A stretch of DNA of 46,356 nt from an uncultured Bacteroidales bacterium. GTDB lineage: Bacteria > Bacteroidota > Bacteroidia > Bacteroidales > ML635J-15. Below, piece by piece: positions 1 to 8,213 of this stretch. The stretch covers positions 1 through 46,356 of the forward strand of contig CAZUQY010000001.1 in assembly GCA_964622935.1 (NCBI GenBank), read 5' to 3'. A program made the position numbers and the translations under genes. Numbering within the stretch: the first letter of the stretch is position 1; every line of letters begins with the position of its first letter. The notes beneath the pieces are model-generated. The model searched no databases. It saw nothing but the letters and a program-made list of their open reading frames with translations, and had not been told where the DNA came from.

Positions 1-1464
1 ACAAATGAAAAATCCTATTTTGTTTTTAGGGAAAAATATAAATCCGAATATGAAATTCGTGACAGTCTCCAGCGACTTGAGTTTTATCCTTTTGTTTATA
101 ATACTGAGCAGTTTGATTCCATATTAAATAAAATCGATATTTGGTTACCGAACTTTTTGGATTCTCTGGAAAAAGAATCTTACCGTAGCAGAATCAATAA
201 CTTACAAAATATTCCGCTTTATCTTCCTCGAATAAGATACTCTGATATCTATGGCGACAAGTACCTTAAGTGTTATACCGATTCTAAAAAAAGCTTACAT
301 ATAAAAAGCTTTTTACAATTTGATGTAAGCATTCTAGGAATTGGAAATGACGATAAACTTGAAAAAGAAATCAACCAAAATGTCTATAATAAAAGCTCTG
401 GTGCAATAAAGGACACTAATTTAAACATTAATGAAAATATCGAAAATTACAGTCAATTATTCTTTAAAATGCACGGACTAGATACCGTTTTCACAACAAA
501 TATAGTTACCTGGCCTGCTCCAACAACATATAACCCTCGTAACGAAATTGCTAAAAATGCTACAGATATAAGCCAATTTGTAAATCTGGCAAATCATGAA
601 ATTCATTTTACCGGAGATATTTCATTCAACAATTTTGTTTATATCCCAATTGGATACCATGTATTTTTTGACGAAGCTTGTAGTGTTGACTTTACAAACA
701 AATCTGGATTTATTAGCTGTTCTCCTGTAATCATAAATGGAACCAAAGACAAACCTGTTAAAATATTTTCATCAGATGAAACAGCAAATGGGTTTACTAT
801 TCTACAGGCAGAAGGAAAGTCAGAAATAAACTATGCGATTTTTGATAATTTAAACACACTCGATTATAATGGATGGGTACTAACTGGCGCTGTTACTTTT
901 TATGAGTCGGAAGTTGAAATTACTAACACTATTTTTTCCGACAATCATTGCGAAGACATGTTAAACACTGTGAGAAGTAATTTCTTGGTCGAGAATTGCA
1001 CTCTTAAAAATACTTTTGGCGACTCACACGATTCGGATTTTTGTACCGGAACTCTGCTTAATTGCGATTTTATCAATAATGGCAACGATGCTATTGACTT
1101 TTCTACAAGCAAAGTTGAAATAATTGACTGTAGAATAAATGGCGCAGGAGATAAAGGTGTCAGTGTTGGTGAAAACACAAAAGCAGTTATAAAAAACATT
1201 AAAATAAATAATGTAAACATCGGAATAGCTTCAAAAGACTTATCGCATGCTGAGATTAATGGCTGCGAAATAACAAATGCTAATTATGGGTTTGTACTAC
1301 TACAGAAAAAAATCGAATATGGACCGGCGTCAATAACTGCTGAGAATTGCACAATAAATGATGTTTGGACAAAATCACTAATAGAGAAAAATTCTTTATT
1401 AAAACTAAACGGAAAAACAATAAAAGGAAAAAATCATAAATTAAAAGCACTTTTTTACGAGTAA
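1..1464 (+). CDS. Right-handed parallel beta-helix repeat protein, 5'-partial (possibly the C-terminal part of a CotH-like protein)
   Basis: Frame 1 is open from nt 1 (TNEKSYFVFREKYKSEYEIRD...) into the listed ORF 157..1464, so the TTG at 157 is probably internal and the gene starts upstream of the window. The C-terminal half has consecutive beta-helix turns: NCTLKNTFGDSHDSDF, NCDFINNGNDAIDFSTSKVEI, DCRINGAGDKGVSVGENT, IKNIKINNVNIGIAS, INGCEITNANYGFVL. Confidence 0.55.
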   Translation, partial: TNEKSYFVFREKYKSEYEIRDSLQRLEFYPFVYNTEQFDSILNKIDIWLPNFLDSLEKESYRSRINNLQNIPLYLPRIRYSDIYGDKYLKCYTDSKKSLHIKSFLQFDVSILGIGNDDKLEKEINQNVYNKSSGAIKDTNLNINENIENYSQLFFKMHGLDTVFTTNIVTWPAPTTYNPRNEIAKNATDISQFVNLANHEIHFTGDISFNNFVYIPIGYHVFFDEACSVDFTNKSGFISCSPVIINGTKDKPVKIFSSDETANGFTILQAEGKSEINYAIFDNLNTLDYNGWVLTGAVTFYESEVEITNTIFSDNHCEDMLNTVRSNFLVENCTLKNTFGDSHDSDFCTGTLLNCDFINNGNDAIDFSTSKVEIIDCRINGAGDKGVSVGENTKAVIKNIKINNVNIGIASKDLSHAEINGCEITNANYGFVLLQKKIEYGPASITAENCTINDVWTKSLIEKNSLLKLNGKTIKGKNHKLKALFYE

Positions 1465-1556
1465 AAAAATACAAGGGGAGGGCCGGGTGCTTCGAAAGCC
1501 TCAACAACCCTAATACAGAATAATAATAAAGTATAAATATTTAAAAACCGAATGAT

Positions 1557-2228
1557 ATGAACAATTACGAAAAGATTTTACAGTATTTTAATTTCGAACC
1601 ACAGGAAATTGATATCAATTTGTTCCTAATCAATGCAGCTATGGTAATAGTCCTGTCAGTTATTCTAGAACTAACATACAGACGTTGTGCGAATAGCCTT
1701 TCTAACAAGAGTCAATTTTCTTACAACTTTGTTATGCTTTCGCTAATAACCATGTTGATTATAACTTTAGTAGGAAGCTCTGTGGCTTTGTCTCTTGGTT
1801 TGGTTGGAGCCTTATCTATTGTAAGGTATCGTGCTGCCATTAAAGAACCAGAAGAGTTAACTTATTTGTTTCTCGCAATTGCAACGGGTCTTGGCATGGG
1901 AGCAAACCAACCGGTTGTCACCGTAATCTCATTCCTGATTCTAATTACTGTTATTTGGGTAAGATATTTTATTAAACCAATGAACAAACTAAATGCATAC
2001 AACCTTGTGGTAAACATACAAAACCCTGCAGATGGTGATATGGAAAAAATTGTAGGCATTATAAATTTGAATTTTAAAAGACCTGTCCTAAGAAGATTCG
2101 ATCAGAGTAAAAAAAATCTTGATCTTGCTTTTCGTGTTAAAGTCAAAAATATAGACTTGCTTACTGAATGCAAAAACGCTATTCTAAAAATTGATAACAC
2201 AACAGTTTCTTTTGTAGATATACAATAA
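1557..2228 (+). CDS. DUF4956-family membrane protein (family usually found with VTC-type polyphosphate and CotH genes)
   Basis: 223 aa with 3-4 hydrophobic helices. The motif LSIVRYRAAIKEPEELTYLFLAIATGLGMGA matches the signature I remember for DUF4956 (xSIxRFRTAIKDPxDxxFLFxAIxxG). Confidence 0.6.
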   Translation: MNNYEKILQYFNFEPQEIDINLFLINAAMVIVLSVILELTYRRCANSLSNKSQFSYNFVMLSLITMLIITLVGSSVALSLGLVGALSIVRYRAAIKEPEELTYLFLAIATGLGMGANQPVVTVISFLILITVIWVRYFIKPMNKLNAYNLVVNIQNPADGDMEKIVGIINLNFKRPVLRRFDQSKKNLDLAFRVKVKNIDLLTECKNAILKIDNTTVSFVDIQ

Positions 2229-2231
2229 CTT

Positions 2232-3530
2232 TTATTCAAACATCACAGTCACATTATTCATATACACAGGTACAGCACTCGAACATTTTACAATTACCTG
2301 AACACTGTTTCCGTTAGTCGGATCAGAATCAAAAACAAACGGAAGTGTGTAATATTTTAGACTAGTTGGAATTGAATTTAACACCTCTATTTTTTCATCT
2401 ATCAATGTTTCTTCATCAAACAATCTAAAAGTAATTTCAATTTGATCTGCTGAGGCTTCTGAATCTGATTTAAAGACCCCGGTAAAACTAAAATCGTTAT
2501 TTATTTGAGTTTGTGGATCGATGAGAGTATCTAGAATTAATAACGTATCTGTAGAATTATTAAATTTATACATGTAGTCTTCATTATGAGTAAATGACAC
2601 ATTCTCTACAGGATAATTTTCATAATCATCAAATGTCAGTTTTTGAAGATATTTGTATCCATTCTGCACAAATAAAAGACTGTCAATATCGCGATATGTC
2701 CATGTGAACTCCCCCTCATCAACATTATGATTTAATTCAAGAATAAGGTCTTTTTCATATGTCCACCACTGGTCATCTTCCCATCGGTACTTAATATTGT
2801 ATAGTCCACATCCAAGAAAAACAATATCATCTGTCGAACGCATGTCTACTTTTTTATAAGTGGCTCCCATATCTCCCATAATACAGATAACTTCAATGCC
2901 ACGATTCTTAACTTCTACTAATTTTGGATAAATACTTTGAACAAAATTATTATTTGTGGAATCGCAATTTGAATTCCAATACCTTAAATTTGAGTGGCAA
3001 TAAGTATATGGCGCAGGTAAGCCCGGTACGTCAACCCACAAACCCCAGTGAAATAATAAAATAAGATGTGATGATTGTTCAATTGTATCGGTTACATTAC
3101 AAATGATATCAAATTGATTGTTCAAGTTTTCGCAATCATCAGGGGCTAGGTTTGTGTCAAGATTTATAACTGTAATATTATTAAAATTATCTGCATAGTA
3201 TGATTTTTTACCTGTATAAGATTCCCAATAATCCAGATTTCCGTTACGTCTGTCATGATTTCCAAAGCAAAAATAATTGTGGGGCTCACAAATCTTTAAA
3301 TGCTCTTGTAAATACACCAATGCTGACTCACCCATTAGTGTTTCTGAACAAATATCTCCGCCTAGCCAAATATGATCATAACCCGATTTATCCAGCTCTA
3401 CAAGTCTGGAGTCAATTATTGTTTCTCCCATATAAGTATGAGCAGTAAATAAGTACTTTTGATTATTCTGTGCCTGTGTAAACAAACCAAAACCAAACAA
3501 GACTAAACCTATAAATACTAAACGGTTCAT
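2232..3530 (-). CDS. Secreted calcineurin-like metallophosphoesterase-like protein with an uncharacterised C-terminal domain (paralogue 1)
   Basis: Signal peptide MNRLVFIGLVLFGFGLFTQAQ. Phosphoesterase motifs WLGGD, FGNHD, LLFHW and IMGDMG are present. The first motif reads FTAHTY instead of the usual D-x-H. Paralogue at 5292..6590. Confidence 0.6.
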   Translation of the reverse strand: MNRLVFIGLVLFGFGLFTQAQNNQKYLFTAHTYMGETIIDSRLVELDKSGYDHIWLGGDICSETLMGESALVYLQEHLKICEPHNYFCFGNHDRRNGNLDYWESYTGKKSYYADNFNNITVINLDTNLAPDDCENLNNQFDIICNVTDTIEQSSHLILLFHWGLWVDVPGLPAPYTYCHSNLRYWNSNCDSTNNNFVQSIYPKLVEVKNRGIEVICIMGDMGATYKKVDMRSTDDIVFLGCGLYNIKYRWEDDQWWTYEKDLILELNHNVDEGEFTWTYRDIDSLLFVQNGYKYLQKLTFDDYENYPVENVSFTHNEDYMYKFNNSTDTLLILDTLIDPQTQINNDFSFTGVFKSDSEASADQIEITFRLFDEETLIDEKIEVLNSIPTSLKYYTLPFVFDSDPTNGNSVQVIVKCSSAVPVYMNNVTVMFE

Positions 3531-4971
3531 TAAAAAATTATTTAATCACGATTATCTTTGTTGTTTCCGAAAAATCACTGTTTTCTGTTTTAATAAAATA
3601 TTGACCTGCTCTAAATCCTGATAAATCAATTTCAAACACATAGTCAGAATCAACAATTGAATATTCGCTTTCATAAACTATTTGTCCATTAATGTTATAT
3701 ATACTTATCTGAATAGTTGAATTATTAAAAAACATTGAACTAAAAACTATTTTACAGTAATCTGTAACCGGATTTGGAAATATATAAAGATCTGGTGCAA
3801 ATTCGCTTTTCTTATTTAGTTCAAAATTTTTAAGAACAACAAAGTTGTCCTCTCCATCAATTGTCACTGTTCCTAAAATATAAATACCTGTATCTATGAC
3901 CTCAATTCCTGCAGCATATCCACGATAGTCAGTAAAAACATTTTGTTCTTCTAAAACCTCTCCATCAGCATCTGTTTTTATATAATATATTGTTGGGTAT
4001 TCTTCGCCTGAACTTGCCGAGGTGCCAACAATATAAATATTGCCTTCATCATCAATTTCCATATCTGAAGCATATTCAAAATTTGAACCTCCAAATGTTT
4101 TTACCCAATCAAATTCATAATCATTGTTTAATAACCCAAGACAAATGTCGAAACTATTATTTTCGCTGTAACTCTGAGAATGAAATAGAATATAAAATTT
4201 ATCATTCGGTGCAGGCAATATTTTCACAGGAATATCATGATATCTTGCGGAAATAATTTTATCACGAACCACTACTCCCATAGAATTTACTTCAACAAAC
4301 AATAAATCTGCGTTTGCATGCGAACTCATATGCCATATTGTGGATGGATTAAAAAACCCTCCCTGACTACATAGCAACAAAAGATTTTCATTTTCCAGTT
4401 CAAGAATATCAACAATATGTGAAGGCATATAATCACTGTAAGTATATTCCCAAAGTTTTTCTCCGTCACAAGTAGTCTTTACTAAATAAGAGTCATATAA
4501 AACATCTCCTCTGTCAACACCACCTATTAAATACTCTCCCGAATTCAAAACTTTTGCAATATAGGCGTGTTGTGAATTTGAATTTCCGTGGTGATTTGTC
4601 CATCGTGACTCTATTTGCGAGTTGATTTTTGTTAAAATCACTTCACTATTCAGAGATTCTCTCCAAAAAGAAAACCCTGCAATAATAAAGTCATCTCCTG
4701 CTTTGCAAATACTTCTGTATTCATCATAATCTGCTTTGCCCCATGTGTTATAACTAAACGACCCTTCAATGATATTATATTTCACAATAAAGCCATCCCG
4801 AGTTCCATTTCCATAAGATTTTGTATATCCGGTCAAATACAAAATATAACCATCTGAAATCATACTAAAAGCATGTTCATCAGAAGAACCGCCAAAGACC
4901 TGACAACTGCTATTGGAATACAAAACAACAAAAAGACTAAACAATATATATCTTTTTACAAAACACATCAT
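2233..4971. repeat. Copy 1 of a tandem two-gene duplication (period 3,060 bp)
   Basis: Direct nucleotide comparison with 5293..8022. 2461-3020 equals 5521-6080 exactly (560 bp), 3551-3726 equals 6611-6786 exactly, and 3967-4033 equals 7027-7093 exactly. The remainder ranges from a few percent divergent to strongly diverged. Confidence 0.95.
3538..4971 (-). CDS. Beta-propeller-repeat (SBBP-like) secreted protein with T9SS type A C-terminal sorting domain (paralogue 1)
   Basis: N-terminal signal peptide. Repeated G(Y/F)(T/S)xSxxxGxxDGFxVKY-type blades. C-terminus FPNPVTDYCKIVF...ISIYNINGQIVYE...LSGFRAGQYFIKTENSDFSETTKIIVIK is a typical Por_Secre_tail (type A) domain. Lies 7 nt upstream of the co-oriented 2232..3530 gene. 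Confidence 0.75.
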   Translation of the reverse strand: MMCFVKRYILFSLFVVLYSNSSCQVFGGSSDEHAFSMISDGYILYLTGYTKSYGNGTRDGFIVKYNIIEGSFSYNTWGKADYDEYRSICKAGDDFIIAGFSFWRESLNSEVILTKINSQIESRWTNHHGNSNSQHAYIAKVLNSGEYLIGGVDRGDVLYDSYLVKTTCDGEKLWEYTYSDYMPSHIVDILELENENLLLLCSQGGFFNPSTIWHMSSHANADLLFVEVNSMGVVVRDKIISARYHDIPVKILPAPNDKFYILFHSQSYSENNSFDICLGLLNNDYEFDWVKTFGGSNFEYASDMEIDDEGNIYIVGTSASSGEEYPTIYYIKTDADGEVLEEQNVFTDYRGYAAGIEVIDTGIYILGTVTIDGEDNFVVLKNFELNKKSEFAPDLYIFPNPVTDYCKIVFSSMFFNNSTIQISIYNINGQIVYESEYSIVDSDYVFEIDLSGFRAGQYFIKTENSDFSETTKIIVIK

Positions 4972-5291
4972 ATAAGCAAATATACTATAATATTATATTA
5001 ATATGCTAAATAGTTGTTTGAAAAAAGCATTCTGACTCAATAACGGCCAATCCGGCTACTAATCCACGATATTACTTTGAATTTAATTAATAAATACAAT
5101 ATCATCATTAGGATTAAAAAAATAGACTTTTAATTTGTTGCTTTTAAATGTGTTGTCTTTGAAGAATGTCCATTCATAAGAAATGTTTCCAGATTTATCC
5201 ATTATTGAATTAATGCTACTTCCTTGCCATATCGAATCAGATTGAGATACTAACATAGCGTTGGAATCATGTGAAATATCAATGATGTTTG

Positions 5292-6590
5292 CTATTCAAA
5301 CATCACAGTTACATTATTCATGTAAACTGGAACAGAGCTCAAGCTTTTGGCAATTACCTGAACACTGTTTCCGTTAATCGAATCAGAATCAAAAACAAAC
5401 GGAAGTATGTAATATTTCAGACTAGTTGGAATTGAATTTAACACCTCTATTTTTTCATCTATCAATGTTCCTCCATCAAACAATCTAAAAATAATTTCTA
5501 TTTGATCTGCTGAGACTTCAGAATCTGATTTAAAGACCCCGGTAAAACTAAAATCGTTATTTATTTGAGTTTGTGGATCGATGAGAGTATCTAGAATTAA
5601 TAACGTATCTGTAGAATTATTAAATTTATACATGTAGTCTTCATTATGAGTAAATGACACATTCTCTACAGGATAATTTTCATAATCATCAAATGTCAGT
5701 TTTTGAAGATATTTGTATCCATTCTGCACAAATAAAAGACTGTCAATATCGCGATATGTCCATGTGAACTCCCCCTCATCAACATTATGATTTAATTCAA
5801 GAATAAGGTCTTTTTCATATGTCCACCACTGGTCATCTTCCCATCGGTACTTAATATTGTATAGTCCACATCCAAGAAAAACAATATCATCTGTCGAACG
5901 CATGTCTACTTTTTTATAAGTGGCTCCCATATCTCCCATAATACAGATAACTTCAATGCCACGATTCTTAACTTCTACTAATTTTGGATAAATACTTTGA
6001 ACAAAATTATTATTTGTGGAATCGCAATTTGAATTCCAATACCTTAAATTTGAGTGGCAATAAGTATATGGCGCAGGTAATCCCGGTACGTCAACCCACA
6101 AACCCCAATGAAATAATAAAATAAGGTGTGATGATTGTTCAATTGTATCAGTTACATTACAAATGATATCAAATTGATTGTTCAAGTTTTCACAATCATC
6201 AGGAGCTAAATTTGTGTCAAGATTGATAACTGTAATATTATTGAAATTATCAGCATAGTACGATTTTTTACCTGTGTAAGATTCCCAATAATCCATATTT
6301 CCATTACGTCTATCATGATTGCCAAAGCAAAAATAATTGTGCGATTCCTGTATTTTAAGTTGTTCTTGCAAATACACCAAAGTACTTGGATTCATCAAAG
6401 TTTCTGAACAAATATCTCCGCCTAGCCAAATATGATCATAACTCGATTTATCCAGCTCTACAAGTCTAGAGTCAATTATTGTTTCCCCCATATAAGTATG
6501 AGCAGTAAACAAATACTTTTGATTGTTCTGTGCCTGTGTAAACAAACCAAAACTAAACAAGACCAAAAGTATAAATACTAAACGATTCAT
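5292..6590 (-). CDS. Secreted calcineurin-like metallophosphoesterase-like protein (paralogue 2)
   Basis: 432 aa, same length as 2232..3530 and nearly identical, with small clusters of substitutions (e.g. LMGESALVYLQEHLKICEPH vs LMNPSTLVYLQEQLKIQESH). Same motifs. Confidence 0.6.
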   Translation of the reverse strand: MNRLVFILLVLFSFGLFTQAQNNQKYLFTAHTYMGETIIDSRLVELDKSSYDHIWLGGDICSETLMNPSTLVYLQEQLKIQESHNYFCFGNHDRRNGNMDYWESYTGKKSYYADNFNNITVINLDTNLAPDDCENLNNQFDIICNVTDTIEQSSHLILLFHWGLWVDVPGLPAPYTYCHSNLRYWNSNCDSTNNNFVQSIYPKLVEVKNRGIEVICIMGDMGATYKKVDMRSTDDIVFLGCGLYNIKYRWEDDQWWTYEKDLILELNHNVDEGEFTWTYRDIDSLLFVQNGYKYLQKLTFDDYENYPVENVSFTHNEDYMYKFNNSTDTLLILDTLIDPQTQINNDFSFTGVFKSDSEVSADQIEIIFRLFDGGTLIDEKIEVLNSIPTSLKYYILPFVFDSDSINGNSVQVIAKSLSSVPVYMNNVTVMFE

Positions 6591-8022
6591 TAAAAAATTA
6601 TTTAATCACAATTATCTTTGTTGTTTCCGAAAAATCACTGTTTTCTGTTTTAATAAAATATTGACCTGCTCTAAATCCTGATAAATCAATTTCAAACACA
6701 TAGTCAGAATCAACAATTGAATATTCGCTTTCATAAACTATTTGTCCATTAATGTTATATATACTTATCTGAATAGTTGAATTATTGAAAAACATTGAAT
6801 TAAAAACTATTTTACAGTAATCTGTAACCGGATTTGGAAATACATACAAATCAGGTGAAAATTCGCTTTTCTTATTTAATTCAAAATTCTTCAGTAACAC
6901 AAAATTATCATCTCCCTCGACTGTAACGGTTGCTAAGATATAAATAACCGTATCAATTATTTCAATCCCGGCTGCATAACCACGATAATCAGTATAAACA
7001 TCTTCCTCTTCAAGAACCTCACCATTAGCATCTGTTTTTATATAATATATTGTTGGGTATTCTTCGCCTGAACTTGCCGAGGTGCCAACAATACAAATAT
7101 TGCTTTCATCATAAATCTCCATATCTGCAGCATATTCAAAACCTTCTCCACCATATGTTTTTGTCCAAATAAAATCATAATTCTCTGAAATTAAACTTAA
7201 ACAAATATCAAAGCTGTTCCCTGGATTAACGCTTTGTGAATGCCATAATAAATAAAATTGGTCATTAGGTGCGGACAATATTTTCACTGGAATATCATGA
7301 TAAGGAAGTTGAAATATCGTATCATTAACAACACTGCCATCAGTGTCAATTTCAATAAACAATACATCTGCGTCTGCATGTGAGCTCATATGCCATATTG
7401 TAGATGGATTAAAAAATCCTCCCTGACAACTTAAAAGTAAAATATTACCATTTTCTTTTTGCAATATATCCACCGTATGAGCTGGCATATATTCTTCATA
7501 TGTATATTCCCAAATCAGTTCGCCTTGTTGATCTGTTTTAACAATATACGGGCCATAAAGGCCAATACTTCTATCAACTCCACCAAGTAAATAATTTCCT
7601 GACTGCAACATGATTGTAGAATATGCATGTTGATAATGCCAGTTCCCAAAAGGCTTTGTCCATTCCAATTGAAGATTCTCATCCAATTTAGTTAAAACAG
7701 ATGCTAAGCCAACACCATCTCTCCAATAAGAATAACCGCCAAGAATTATATTATCACCTGCTTTGTATATGCTTCGAAATTCATCATACTCAGTTTTTCC
7801 CCACGTATTGTATGAAATAACATGATCCACAATTTGGTACTTTACAACAAAACCATCTCTGTTTCCTATACCATAGGATTTTGTAAAGCCGGTCATATAA
7901 AGATTGGTCCCATCAGAAATCATATCAAATGCTTTCTCATCTGAAACACCACCAATGAATTGTGCAAAAGTATGAAGACATATTAAGACAAATACTAAAA
8001 ATATAAATACTGATTTACACAT
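5293..8022. repeat. Copy 2 of a tandem two-gene duplication (period 3,060 bp)
   Basis: See copy 1. Both gene stops sit exactly 3,060 bp from their copy-1 counterparts (2232 vs 5292, 3538 vs 6598). Confidence 0.95.
6598..8022 (-). CDS. Beta-propeller-repeat (SBBP-like) secreted protein with T9SS type A C-terminal sorting domain (paralogue 2)
   Basis: The listed ORF runs to 8151, but the ATG at 8022 (MCKSVFIFLVFVLICLHTFAQ) gives a proper signal peptide and aligns with the paralogue start. A TAATTTTG -7 box lies 24 nt upstream. The C-terminal ~140 aa are almost identical to paralogue 1. The N-terminal propeller is clearly diverged. Confidence 0.75.
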   Translation of the reverse strand: MCKSVFIFLVFVLICLHTFAQFIGGVSDEKAFDMISDGTNLYMTGFTKSYGIGNRDGFVVKYQIVDHVISYNTWGKTEYDEFRSIYKAGDNIILGGYSYWRDGVGLASVLTKLDENLQLEWTKPFGNWHYQHAYSTIMLQSGNYLLGGVDRSIGLYGPYIVKTDQQGELIWEYTYEEYMPAHTVDILQKENGNILLLSCQGGFFNPSTIWHMSSHADADVLFIEIDTDGSVVNDTIFQLPYHDIPVKILSAPNDQFYLLWHSQSVNPGNSFDICLSLISENYDFIWTKTYGGEGFEYAADMEIYDESNICIVGTSASSGEEYPTIYYIKTDANGEVLEEEDVYTDYRGYAAGIEIIDTVIYILATVTVEGDDNFVLLKNFELNKKSEFSPDLYVFPNPVTDYCKIVFNSMFFNNSTIQISIYNINGQIVYESEYSIVDSDYVFEIDLSGFRAGQYFIKTENSDFSETTKIIVIK

Positions 8023-8045
8023 TCTACAATCTAAATTAATTAAAG

Positions 8046-8053
8046 CAAAATTA
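8046..8053 (-). promoter_or_regulatory. Candidate Bacteroidota -7 promoter box (TAATTTTG on minus strand)
   Basis: The plus strand reads CAAAATTA, which is an exact TAnnTTTG on the minus strand. It lies 24 nt upstream of the ATG at 8022. Confidence 0.35.
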
Positions 8054-8177
8054 TCAAATAATATTTGAATATTATAAACAAATAGGAAAATACTGCATGA
8101 AGAAAAACTAATTTTACCACAGTTATTTTTACTAAAACTTTCTTCTGCCATTTTGTCAGAGTTTTGTGGAAAATTAT

Positions 8178-8185
8178 TAACTTTG
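8178..8185 (+). promoter_or_regulatory. Candidate Bacteroidota -7 promoter box (TAACTTTG), with a possible -33 TTTG at 8152-8155
   Basis: Exact TAnnTTTG 29 nt upstream of the ATG at 8214. A TTTG lies 22 nt upstream of the box. Confidence 0.35.
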
Positions 8186-8213
8186 CAAATAAATTATTTT
8201 GATTGAATAGATT

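Noticed and set aside
1474-1500. Unusually GC-rich patch (ggggagggccgggtgcttcgaaagcctc) after the first gene, considered as a terminator or small RNA motif
   Set aside because: Only 4-bp stems can be drawn and no T-run follows. That is not enough structure to call anything.
4977-4984. TATATTTG -7 box (minus strand) upstream of the copy-1 propeller gene
   Set aside because: It lies only 6 nt from the ATG at 4971. That would imply a leaderless transcript, so it is too uncertain to list as a promoter.
2232-8022. Diversity-generating retroelement (template/variable repeat) as an explanation for the diverged parts of the duplicated cassette
   Set aside because: Differences between copies are not restricted to adenine positions (e.g. 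G/T at 3021, mixed transitions and transversions). They include indels, and no reverse transcriptase gene is nearby.
8023-8151. N-terminal 43-codon extension of the listed ORF 6598..8151 (MAEESFSKNNCGK...)
   Set aside because: The extension has no counterpart in the paralogue. The ATG at 8022 yields a proper signal peptide, and a -7 promoter box lies inside the extension. I therefore treat 8022 as the start.
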